A stretch of 64,000 nt of DNA from Eledone cirrhosa (Eukaryota). This document shows positions 1-11,260 of the stretch, one piece after another. Location of the stretch: assembly GCA_964016885.1 (NCBI GenBank), contig OZ024759.1, forward strand, positions 4,774,001 to 4,838,000. Reading direction: 5' to 3'. The position numbers were made by a program, and so were the translations under genes. Below the pieces are notes generated by a model. It saw nothing but the letters and a program-made list of their open reading frames with translations. It had not been told where the DNA came from and did not search any database. Position 1 is the first letter of the stretch. Each line of letters begins with the position of its first letter.

Positions 1-329
1 TGTTTCTTTTGCAGAAGTCAGGAGGGAAGACTTAGAGCCTTGTGCTTCTAGCTTCTCTGTATCACCTTTCTTAGGGGGCGTGGCTTTCACGTTAGGATGA
101 GATGTGAAAATTCCGTCCATTTCTATTAGTTTGCCGTAATAAATTTTTAACTGGAAAATTCGCCCCAAAAAGGGGCGAAAATAAATAAACTCAAAGTTTG
201 ACGACCAAGGCAAGGGGTTAACGTATATTACAGTATAAAAAAATTAATCAAAACTCACTTTTTGAGTAAGTAAATCCGACTCGGTAGCCGAGCTTGTTCA
301 CACACGTCAACACACGTCTCTCGTATACG

Positions 330-1066
330 AGATGTTATGTGAGATATTATGTGAGGTAAAGCCTTTACTGTGAAAATACAATAGTATATATAGAGTAATG
401 TAAATGTTATGTGAAATATTATGTGAGGTAAAGCCTTTACCACAAAAATACAATAGTATATATAGAGTCATGTAAATGTTATGTGAGGTATTATGTGAGG
501 TAAAGCCTTTACTGTGAAAATACAATAGTATATATAGAGTAATGTAAATGTTATGTGAGATATTATGTGAGGTAAAGCCTTTACTGTGACAATACAATAG
601 TATATATAGAGTAATGTAAATGTTATGTGAGGTATTATGTGAGGTAAAGCCTTTACTGTGACAATACAATAGTATATATAGAGTAATGTAAATGTTATGT
701 GAGATATTATGTAAGATAAAGCCTTTACTGTGAAAATACAATAGTATATATAGAGTAATGTAAATGTTATGTGAGATATTATGTGAGGTAAAGCCTTTAC
801 TGTGACAATACAATAGTATATATAGAGTAATGTAAATGTTATGTGAGGTATTATGTGAGGTAAAGCCTTTACTGTGAAAATACAATAGTATATATAGAGT
901 AATGTAAATGTTATGTGAGGTATTATGTGAGGTAAAGCCTTTACTGTGAAAATACAATAGTATATATAGAGTAATGTAAATGTTATGTAAGGTATTATGT
1001 GAAGTAAAGCCTTTACTGTGAAAATACAATAGTATATATAGAGTCATGTAAATGCTAAAGAGTTAA
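330..1066. repeat. 72-bp tandem minisatellite (~10 copies) ending in a piggyBac-MITE terminus
   Basis: GCCTTTAC recurs at 361, 433, 505 and onward (72-bp period). The array ends in ATGCTAAAGAGTTAA, and the unit matches the interior of the MITE at 1355-1575. Confidence 0.92.
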
Positions 1067-1149
1067 AACATAACTTAACAAATGTTCTTACATAAAGTTA
1101 GGATAGAAGGTTTTAAGATAGTTATAAACATTTTATCATAAACTAAGAT

Positions 1150-1690
1150 GCGTGGCTTTGTGTTTAGAGTATTCGCCTCACAATCGTAAGGTCATGAGTT
1201 TGTTTACCAGCGGAGTGTTGTGTCCTTGAGCAAGACACTTTATTTCATATTGTTCCAGTTCACTCAGCTGGCAAAAATGAGTTGTACCTGTAATTCAAAG
1301 GGTCAGCCTTGTCACACTCTGTGTCATGCTGAATCTCCCTGAGAGCTATGTTAACCCTTTAGCATTTAAACTGGCCGTATCCGGCCAGAATTTTCTCACC
1401 TCTTTCTGTTCAAACCAGCCATAACTGGCTGCTCATACTTATGTGAAGGTATTATTCTCAAAATATATAATATCAAAATCTCATAGATTTGATATTATGT
1501 GAGATAATTATGTAAGATAAAGCCTTTACCACAAAAATGTAATATTAGATATGGAGTAATGTAAATGCTAAAGGGTTAAGGGTATGCATGTCTGTGGAAT
1601 ACTCAGCCACTTGCACGTTAATTTCATGAGCAGGCTGTTCCAGTAATAGTGTCAACTGGAACACTCATTGTTGTAACCGACAGTGCCAGT
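1150..1690 (+). mobile_element. tRNA-derived SINE with CORE/Meta-like core, interrupted by a MITE
   Basis: Degenerate tRNA-like head followed by GTGTCCTTGAGCAAGACACTTTATTTCA. Related copies lie near 15385, 32120 and 49810-49957 (-). Confidence 0.65.
1355..1575. mobile_element. piggyBac-type MITE
   Basis: TTAA|CCCTTTAGCATTTA...TAAATGCTAAAGGG|TTAA gives TIRs plus a TTAA target duplication. Confidence 0.88.
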
Positions 1691-1806
1691 TCAAGTTCAA
1701 GGGGTAGAGTTGATTCAGACAGTTTGGTATCCAAACAGTTAAACAATTAGGAACATGTGTGTTTCATGCCATTTATAAATAAATGTCTTTAGGTGACATT
1801 CTAGAA

Positions 1807-2985
1807 CAGAAGTTCTCAAACTTTTTGGGGCCATCGCCCCCCACACGGCCTTGTAATACCATCTAAAACACCACACCTATTTCCAGAGAGACCTACCTAC
1901 AAGCAAATTGTAAATAATATAAAAAAAAGGAACGATTGACTTTCGTCAAATCGGACCGAGGAAACAATGTTTCCGTTGGTCTTTCCAATTGCTAATACTA
2001 ACTATCGGTCGCAACTCCAGGTAGAAGGAGCAACGTGAAATAAAGTAAATAATATATAATACATAAAATGGTTGATATATAATAAATAATTCTTTCTACT
2101 TTTGGCACAAGGCCAGCAATTACTCCAGTGTATTACTGGTACTGTATTTTATCGACCCAGTAAAGGTGAAAGGCAAAATTAACCTAGGAGGGATTTAAAC
2201 TCAGATAATAAAGGGCCGTAACTCTATGCTGCAAAGCATGGTGTCCTACCTTCTATAATATATCGAAAGTCGATCAACTTCCATCAAATTGGACCACGGA
2301 ATCAATGCTTCCATTGGTCTTTCCAATTGCTAATACTATCTATCAGTTGCAACTCCAGGTAGAAAGAACAACCTCACAACCTCACGATTGCAAATCCGAT
2401 TCTCTAATCACTCAGCCTTCACTATCATCATCATTATCATCATTTTACATCCGCTTTTCCCTGCTTGTAAGGGTGGGACAGGTCTTATTAAACACAGCAT
2501 CTCTCCATTTGTCACGGTACCTTGTCATCTTCTCCATGAGCTTCAGTGATCTGAGGTCTGCTCTCACCACCTCTGCCCATGTTTTTCGTGATCTTCCTCT
2601 ACTCTGTCTTCCTTCTACTGGGATTTCTTGGCAGTTCTTTACCCAGCTGTCATCCACCATGCGCATCACATGTCCATACCAACACAGTCTTCTCTCCCAC
2701 ACACTACAACTTATCCCTCTTATACACAGTTTCTCTCTCAACTCGTCTATACTTTGTCGTTCACACACATTGACATCACACATGCAACAGCATATACTTG
2801 CTTCATTTCTATCCACTATATAATATATACTATGTATCAATAAATATCATATAATTTTTTATTTTACTATATTTATATATAAAATTTATCATTTGATATT
2901 TGATATACTATTATATCGTCTCCACCCCCATCCTTAAGCCCCAGCACCCCTCTTGGGGCAGTAGCACCCACTTTGAGAACCTCTG
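1807..2985. mobile_element. hAT/Charlie-type non-autonomous element with nested SINE and LINE fragments
   Basis: TIRs CAGAAGTTCTCAAA / TTTGAGAACCTCTG. The 8-bp flanks TTCTAGAA and TTCTAGAG fit the Charlie-type nTCTAGAn target. Confidence 0.75.
2430..2815 (-). mobile_element. 3' fragment of the RTE LINE family at 41258-44571
   Basis: Translates as ...RRLCWYGHVMRM...RSRKTWAEVVRADL...SREKRM, with a (TGA)n tail. Confidence 0.9.
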
Positions 2986-3064
2986 TTCTAGAGGGAAGTG
3001 AAATTGTAAAGTGTAACAGGCAAGAAGACAAAATCTTTCCAAACAAACAAAAAAACCAACTTAC

Positions 3065-3322
3065 TATCAATATAGTTATAATATATCCTTAGTTGGGAAA
3101 TATCGTATGTTTGTCTGAGTTCAAGAGTCCACAATGATGTTGGAGAGCTCATTGTATGAGAACAAGATCTGTGTTGTGGGTTTTGATCGAAGTTACCATC
3201 TACAGCCAGGTTAGCTGACATTGAGTACATTTCATTGCGACAAACATTGTTTTTCATTAGAATTACACTGCTTGTTTTGTCTGTCGTGGTTTGTGTAGCT
3301 ACTTTACCAATAGCTATATTTC
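3065..3322 (-). CDS. Exon encoding the N-terminal part of an F-type lectin (fucolectin/F5-8 type C-like) domain
   Basis: TTTTTCAG acceptor, GTAAGT donor, 258 nt, phase 1-1. Reads NIAIGKVATQ...ANLAVDGNFDQNPQHRSCSHT...WTLEL...ISQLRIYY. Confidence 0.85.
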
Positions 3323-3493
3323 CTGAAAAAGAATGAAAGAAAATTTAATGAAAGTCAATTACTATGAAATGAAATGGATCTCAGTCAGTTGAAACGATGA
3401 TTGATCCAGTGGGAAAAGACAAATTGTTTTCTATATACTAAACTTTTGAAATATCTTTTACGTTATCTCTAAATTATTCCATATTTCCAGTAG

Positions 3494-3770
3494 AGGCATG
3501 TGGCCTAGTGTTAAGTGTGTTGGACTTACAATCATAATGTCATGGGTTCGATTTCTGGGGTGGGTTGTGTGTTGTGTTCTTGAGCAAAACACTTCATTTC
3601 ACGTTGCTCCAGTATACTCTGCTGAAAATGAGCACCAGCAATAGCTGTGGAGGGTGTAACCCTGCAATGGACTGATGTCCTGTCCAGGAGGAAGTCTTGT
3701 ACTCACAGTCGCTTTATGCCATGAAACCAGGATAAGCATTGGCCTAATGAGCCTTCAGGCTTGAGACAGT
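3494..3770 (+). mobile_element. tRNA-derived SINE (CORE-like plus V-like segment)
   Basis: A/B-box-like head (TGGCCTAGTG..GGTTCGATT), TTGAGCAAAACACTT core and CCCTGCAATGGACTG..CCTGTCCAGG segment. Other copies at 50005-50283 (-) and 58795-59020 (-). Confidence 0.7.
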
Positions 3771-3953
3771 ATAGTCCTATACGAACGAGACACGGTCACC
3801 CGACCAATCTTGCCTCAATTGGGACAACTCCCGACTAACCCATGCTAGCATGGAAGATAGACGTAAACGATGATGATGATGATGATGATATAGCAACCTC
3901 AGCCTCAACAGCGACAGCAACAACAATGGCATGATAATTAGAAATCTACTTAC

Positions 3954-4097
3954 TATAGGTTTTTACTTGGCAATCCGGTCCGGTCCATCCTTCTTCCCAG
4001 CCATATGGGCAAGCCCCAGTTTGTTGATGGCAGTCAGCATCGTTTAAACAATGGCATTGCTTGTTACAAGTATATCCATACCATTGAGATGCACAAC
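3954..4097 (-). CDS. EGF-like (MEGF10/11/SCARF-type) exon
   Basis: TAG acceptor, GTAAGT donor, 144 nt. Reads GCASQWYGYTCNKQCHCLNDADCHQQTGACPYGWEEGWTGPDCQ. Confidence 0.88.
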
Positions 4098-4169
4098 CTA
4101 TGTTAAAAGTTAGAATTTATCACACTGATGGACTACATTTCCACAGTTCTCTCTCATCTACAGTTAATT

Positions 4170-5050
4170 GTTTCTACTATTTGGCACAAGGTACCAGTAA
4201 TACACAGGGGTAATTGCTGAATTACCTCAGTGCATTACTGGTGCTTTATTTTATTGACCCCCCCCCCCCATAAGAATGAAAGGCAAACCTTGGCGGGTTT
4301 GAAATCAGAACGTAAAGGGCCATAACTCTATGCTGCAAAGCATGGTGTCTGACACTCTACGGATTACTGCCAATCCAATAATAATAATTGTTTCTACTTT
4401 TGGCACAAGGCCAGCCAGCAATTACCCCCAGTGCATTACTGGTACTTTATTTTATCGACCTCCATAAGAATGAAAGGCAAAGCTAACTTCAGCAGGATTT
4501 GAACTCAGAACGTAAAGGGCCATAATTCTATGCTGCAAAACATGGTGTCTGATGCTCTACGGATTACTGCCAGTCCAATCCAGCAATTACCCCAGTGCAT
4601 TACTGGTACTTTATTTTATCGACCCCTGTAAGGATGAAAGGCAAAGTTAACCTCGGCGGGATTTGAACTCAGAACATAAAGGGCCGTAAACATGATGTCT
4701 GACACTCTACCGATTACTGCCAGTCTCACATAATTATCTCACCTAATATTATGGTCTGAGTTCAAATCCCGTCGAGGATAACTTTGCCATTCATCCTTAC
4801 GGGGGTCGATAAAATAAAGTACCAGTAATACACTGGGGTAATTGCTGGCCTTGTGCCCCCAAAAGTAGAAACATAATATTGAATATATTAGATTTTGATA
4901 TTATCTATTTTGAGAACATTATCTTAACATTAATAAGGACGGTGGGTTGGCAGTATCGGTGGAGGGTCGGACGCCATGCTTTCCAGCATAGAGTTACGGC
5001 CCTTTACGATCTGAGTAATTGCTGGCCTTGTGCCTAAAGTAGAAACAATT
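4170..5050. mobile_element. Cluster of ~5 copies of a second tRNA-derived SINE, in both orientations
   Basis: Repeated GAGTTCAAATCCC..TTTGCCTTTCATCCTTACGGGGTCGATAAAATAAAGTACCAG core and GGCCTTGTGCC..AGTAGAAACAAT tail. Also present near 2090, 53105, 58360 and 59855. Confidence 0.8.
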
Positions 5051-5207
5051 ATCTTAACATGAATATGAACGGCTGGTTACAGCCAGTTTGAACAGAAAGA
5101 GGTGAGAGAATTCTGGCCAGATACAGTCGCTTTAAATGCTAAAGGGTTAACAGTCACAGTTTGTAGAGATTAACAACTAAAGTTTGAATGAATAAAGATC
5201 AACAGAC

Positions 5208-5357
5208 CTGATAATGATAATGTTTCGATACAGGTACCCTCTCCTTTTATAGAAATAGACCAAGCGTTTACATCCCCTGAACAGCTCAAAGGTCTGGTTG
5301 TACATATTGATGTACAAAAGGGTTCCTTATTTTTGCCAAAAAATACTGAAACTGTCT
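5208..5357 (-). CDS. 150-nt phase 1-1 exon of the EGF/lectin gene
   Basis: CTTCTCATTTCAG acceptor and GTCTGT donor. The open frame ETVSVFFGKNKEPFCTSICTTRPLSCSGDVNAWSISIKGEGTCIETLSLS splices in frame to the 3954-4097 exon. Confidence 0.7.
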
Positions 5358-6884
5358 CTGAAATGAGAAGTGTAAATATATATATATATTTATATATAAC
5401 GGAGGAAATGTGGTAAGGAACCAGGTGGACCATAACGCACCAAAGTACTCAATACTTAGGGTAGTAGAGTGGGTAATAGGAACGAGTAGGACCCCGACGG
5501 CTGAGCTCAAGCCGTTTCGACGGCTAATTCTGGACTAAATGAACATTTTTATCCTGGTATTTGAATAGCCGAGCTTCTAAAGGGGTAATTCCATATATGG
5601 TAAAAGTGATTGTCACGAGGATTGGTCAAAAGTTTGTTGTTGAGACATAATAATTCTATGATGGCAATTTGTGGAGGGAAGGGGTAGCTGAACCTGCCAG
5701 TAGGAGAAAGAGGGAGAGGAGGTGGAGGAGACCCAGTCATGCGTTGATAGTGCCGACTACAGCTGGGCATGAGGTCAAAGAGGATACTAGGGAGGGGGAG
5801 GGGGAGGAAGTCGAAACAATTAGTAAAACAATTAGTAAAACAATATGGGGTAAATATATAGAAAAATACCGAGAGTGTTAAAAAGCAATTAAATGTAAAA
5901 AATAAAAAAAATAAACAAATCGACCTAAGTCTCTCACTGGTACTGCTATGCTAAAGAAAGGTTTACTAGGTGGGACGGAATTATAATGAGACCCTTTTAA
6001 GAGGTATAAGTAATAAACCAAGTATATCTTACGGTGACGGGTCAACAAGTGAGGGGCCAAAATACTAAAGAAACTACCACGAAATAATAAATAAAGGTTT
6101 CTACCCCAGGCACAAGGCCAGCAACCACCCAGTGCAAAAAGTAAACTAATACGAAATAATAATTCAGAGTCCCGAAAAAGAATACTAATACTATCTCTAA
6201 GGGTGCCGCCACGATACAAAAGTTCTAGTGCAAACTACATAAAAGCTCGTACGAAGTATATGTAAAATTTGATACGGAAAATTAGTTCAGAATCCCCCCC
6301 CCCCCCAGTAGCGGTGTTGTAGTGGGAAGTGTTTTTCAATGAGCCTAAAGAAGATTTTCCCGATAGGAGTTGTCACCTCGGCGTTGTGGGGAGGATTGAA
6401 CTGGTTACTGCATGTAAACACAGATTGCGTAGGACTTACCTCGCCCTAAAACCCCATAATGACCCGTGGGGTAGACTAGGGCTATAACACCCCACTTGCC
6501 GATTTTGTAATGGGTAACCCCTGCTTGCAAAGGTAGACGTAAGATCTTTTATATCTTTTTATCGCTTCCTCTATATTTCCTTCTTCTCCCCATCCCTCCC
6601 TAGTCCTTCCACCCCAGTCCTCTTTCTTTGTCGTCGTCCTTTTCATTTTCTCGCCCACCCGAGGCAGCCCCTCGGTCCTTTGTAGCTTCAGTAGCCCCAC
6701 CCCCTTCCCCTATTCTATATATATATATATATATGTGTGGAAAAAATGAAACGAAATTTCATTTCTCACTCTTAGTGCGGCTGTTACTTAAATATAAAGT
6801 ATGTATACATACATACATATATGTATACAGACGTACAGTAGTATATATACATGCACACATATATATATGTACGTATGGCACTCA

Positions 6885-9800
6885 ATGACAATGTCACAGA
6901 TTAAGACAAATTCACCTCCTGCTGCAAGACGAGAATACAAGGACCCCTCTTTATTTCAGACACAGATGACCAACAAAATCCCGTCTCCCACACCCCTCCC
7001 TGCCCCTCCAACCCATCCATCCCACCCTCCCAACTTAGAGTTGGTACCATGAACGTAGGCACATTGAAAGGTCGCTCAAATGAGGTTGTAGAGATGCTTG
7101 AACGTAAAGAAGTTGATGTTTGTTGTATTCAAGAGACTAGGTGGAGAGGGGGATCTGCCAGATTCATCGTGGGTAAAAAACGATGCTATAAACTTTTCTG
7201 GGTGGGAAATGACAACGGACAGGGTAGTGTAGGAATTATGTTAGCTGAAAAATGGGTAGATAAGGTAATTGACGTAAATATAGTGAATGACAGAATAATT
7301 AAATTAAGACTAGTTCTAAATAGAATTACTGTGACAATAATATCTGCTTATGCACCCCAATCTGGTCTCCCTGATGTTATAAAGGACAGGTTCTATGAGA
7401 TGCTAATGCACACTACCTCCCAAATAACCGACAGCGACTACTTAATTATTGCTAGCGATCTAAACAGTCACGTTGGACAACATAGTGATGGCTATGATGG
7501 AATTCATGGAGGCTATGGGGTTGGAAATAGAAATGAGAAGGGTTTCAGAATCCTGGAATTCTGTGATGCAAATAGCCTAACTATATGTAACACAAACTTC
7601 AAAAAACGTGAAAACCACTTGATCACCTATAGATCAGGGGAACACGCCAGCCAGATAGATTATATCCTTACTAGAAGACGGGACAAAATGTCTGTTGTAA
7701 ACTCTAAATCCCTCCCCCGTGAAGAATGCCCCTCCCAACATCGCCTAGTAGTTAGTGACCTCATAGCCAGGAATAGACGTACTCGACGACAGAGGAGGCC
7801 TACCTTGAGGAGAAGAATATGGAAGTTGAAGGACCCCATAGCCAGTGACAAATTTAAAAGCTTATTATTTGTTGCCTTTGACAATAAGGAAGAGCAATTA
7901 GAGACGTGCAATAGAGAGGAACAGTGGCAATCCTTGAAAGTGAACCTGCTGAAAGCAACGGATGAAATCTGTGGCTGGAGCAGACCTATTGGCAGGAGGA
8001 GAGTAACTTGGTGGTGGAACAGTGAGGTGGAAGAGACAATCAAGGGCAAAAAGCAGGCTTGGAAAGAATGGCAGGATGGGGGGCGTAGAGAGCACTATCA
8101 AGTGGCCAGGAGAGAAGCTAGGAGACAAGTGTACCTTGCAAAAAGGGTAGCAGAGGATAGAAAGTTCAAGCATGTTCTGCAACGTGAGGACCAAAAACGT
8201 GAGGTGTTCAGGATTGCTAGACAATGTGTCAAGGAAAACCGTGATATTGTCGGGGAGAAGTGTGTCCGTAATGATAATGGTGTACTTGCGCTCACTGATA
8301 CTGATAAGCCTGGAAGAGGCACTACGAGAGACTATTAAATGAGAAGAATAAATGGGAAAAAGATAGTCTGCCCCAAATCGATCCAATGGTGCAAGGTAAA
8401 GGTAGTATAATAAGTAAGGCAATCAAAGATATGAAGACAGGCAAGGCAGCTGGGCCTTTGGAGGTAGTTGCTGAGATGCCTTCAACATCTGGTATGGCGG
8501 GACACACTATGGTCACACGTATAGTTAACCAAGTAATACAGAATGGAGTCATACCGAAAGACTGGCGTAGCAGCATCATCATTAACTGCTACAAGGGTAA
8601 AGGGGATGCTCTAGATAGGGGAAACTATAGAGGCATTAAGTTAGTTGACCAGGTCATGAAGATCACAGAAAGAGTAATAGCGCAACTAATCAGAGAGCGA
8701 ATTGATCTAGATGAAATGCAGTTTGGGTTTGTGTCAGGTAAAAGTACCACAGACGCTCTTTTCCTTGTACAACTACAAGAGAAGTACCTAGCTAAAAGTA
8801 AACCCCTCTACTTAGCTTTTGTAGACCTGGAGAAAACTTTTGACAGAGTCCCCCGCTCCATTATCTGGTGGGCTCTTAGAAAACTAGATGTAGATGAATG
8901 GCTGGTGAGAGCTATACAAGCTATGTATAATGAAACAGTCAGTAAGGTTAGAATTAACAATGAATATTGTGAAGAATTTAGTGTAAAAGTTGGCGTTCAT
9001 CAAGGCTCTGTCCTTAGCCCCCTCTTATTTATTATTGCCCTTCAGGCTATAACAGAGGAGTTCAAGACCCGCTGCCCATGAGAACTCCTATACGCAGATG
9101 ATCTAACGCTCATAGTTGAATCAATGGCTGAACTAGAGAAGAAATTCGAAACATGGAAGCATGGCCTAGAATCAAAAGGCCTTAAAGTTAACTTGTCTAA
9201 GACTAAAGTTCTAGTTTGTAGAAAGGAAAATAGGGCACAGGTGCCCTCAAGGAAATGGCTATGCTCAGTGTGTAGGAAAGGAGTAGGCAGAAATTCCATT
9301 TTATGTCCCAAATGCAAAGTATGGGTACATAAAAGATGTAGTGGGATCACAGGTAAACTATCTCAGAACGTAGACTTTATATGTGGCCAATGCTCAGGTG
9401 CAATAAGTAGCAAGTGTCCAAAGGATACTAGCTCCTTCCATTGCCCAGATGGTTCTATAGAAATAGTAGACACTTTCCGTTACCTGGGTGACGAAATCAA
9501 CAGTGGTGGAGGGTGTTCTGAAAGTACAGTAGCCAGAGTCAGAACGGGATGGAAAAAGTTCAGAGAGCTTATACCGTTGTTGGCCACAAAAGGTTTCTCT
9601 CTAAAAATGAAAGGCAGATTGTATGATGCCTGTTTCTCTCTAAAAATGAAAGGCAGATTGGTATGGCCATGTGATGCGCATTAAAGACGACAGTTGTATA
9701 AAAAAAGTGCAGGGCGATCAAAATTGATGGTAGTTACGGAGTAGGTAAACCCAGAAAAACCTGGGATGATCTGATAAATTCCGACCTTACATACTTACAT

Positions 9801-10238
9801 CTCTCTAAGACAATGTCTCTGGACCGAGATCTTTGGTGCTATGCAGTAATACAGAAGACCCGCCTTGCCTATGTACAAAACGAAACCTACAGTCAGTAGG
9901 CACCTCTTAACCAAATATACACCCCAATCTACTACCCCTACCCTATCCTCCCACTCCCACCAACAGCATGAGAAAATGAAATCGAGTTCGTGTAGGTGTC
10001 ACGGGAAAGAAAAAAAAAACACACAGTCCACGCTGTAATGTGGTCGTGTAGGTAACATGGTAAAAAGTTCCCAGTTCCACACTGTAAATGTGGTTGGTGT
10101 TAGGAAGGGCATCCAGCCGTAGAAAACCTGCCAGATAGTTCTATATGAGTGAGACACGGTCACCCGACCAGCCTTGCCTCAACTCCCGTCTAACCCATGC
10201 TAGCGTGGAAAATGGACGTTAAACGAAGATGATGATGA
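6885..10238 (+). mobile_element. Near full-length degenerate RTE LINE (APE-RT-PHD), long-3'UTR subfamily
   Basis: ORF pieces 7049-8338 (APE), 8386-9081 (RT) and 9124-9684 (PHD, FRYLG) carry frameshifts, stops and deletions; (GAT)n tail. Confidence 0.93.
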
Positions 10239-11112
10239 TATATATAGGAAAATGTATGACCTCGACAGTAGAGCTCAAGCCGTTTCGACGGCTATTTCTG
10301 GACTAAATTAGAATTTTTAGCCTGGTAAATAAATAGCCGAACTTTTCAAGGGGTACTTCCTTATATGGGAAGATTGTAGCTGTCAAGAGGATTGGTCAAA
10401 AATTCCTGGTAAACACAATTAAGTCTATCATGGCAGTGGGTGGGAGGTGGGGATGGCTGAACTTGCCTGTAGAGCAAAGAGGGAGTGGGTGGAGCCGGTC
10501 AAGCGTTGAAAGTGAAATCTAAACAGCAAATTCTAAGGATTGTGTAAGAAAGTAGGCCAACTTTCATACTTTCCACCATAGCGATTAAACTGCATACCCT
10601 GCTTTCCAGGTTACCCTTTGCCACTGATATATATATATTTATATATTGAGTACTCTGGTGCATTATGGTCCTTCTGGTTCCTTACCACACCTCCTTTGTT
10701 ATATATATACAACGGCGGCGAAGATTGGAAACCGAATCTGAGCTTTCCCACCTCTGGGACAAGCCATGGTAAGTTGTTTACGCTCAAGAGACTAACCCCC
10801 TGGGGGATGCTAAACACAGGTCAGAGGTGTTTAAGCCTGACAGAAAATAGGTCAGAGGATATATCCATCTTTCTGAGTTGTTTACGCTTGGCAAACTAAT
10901 CCCTTGGGAGACTCTAACCAAAGTTCAGAGGATATATCTATCCTTCTAACTTCAACTCTTATAAATACAGGGGTTGTTTACGCCCCGACAGAAAAGAAGT
11001 GATATACAGACAAGACAAGTGGCCTTTACAAGCTCTCGTCACGAAATACCAGTCCGTCACTAATTTCCTCTCCTGCCTGGCTGATCGATACAACCACATA
11101 TTCCGTTACAAC

Positions 11113-11123
11113 TGGTGACCCCG
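11113..11123 (+). promoter_or_regulatory. Primer-binding site, probably tRNA-Trp
   Basis: TGGTGACCCCG lies 2 nt after the LTR-terminal CA and is complementary to the ...CGGGGUCACCA 3' end of tRNA-Trp. Confidence 0.7.
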
Positions 11124-11260
11124 TAAAACAGACACACAACTTCTGATCATCCACTACAAACGATGTCTCTAGCACACGACGATTCATCTACGGCAGAAAT
11201 GGCAGTGAGGGGGGCATTTACATTAAGAATTCCACCATTCTGGGTGCACGATCTAACACT

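Noticed and set aside
307-1047. 246-aa repetitive ORF
   Set aside because: It is the translation of a 72-bp MITE-derived satellite that happens to lack stops in one frame.
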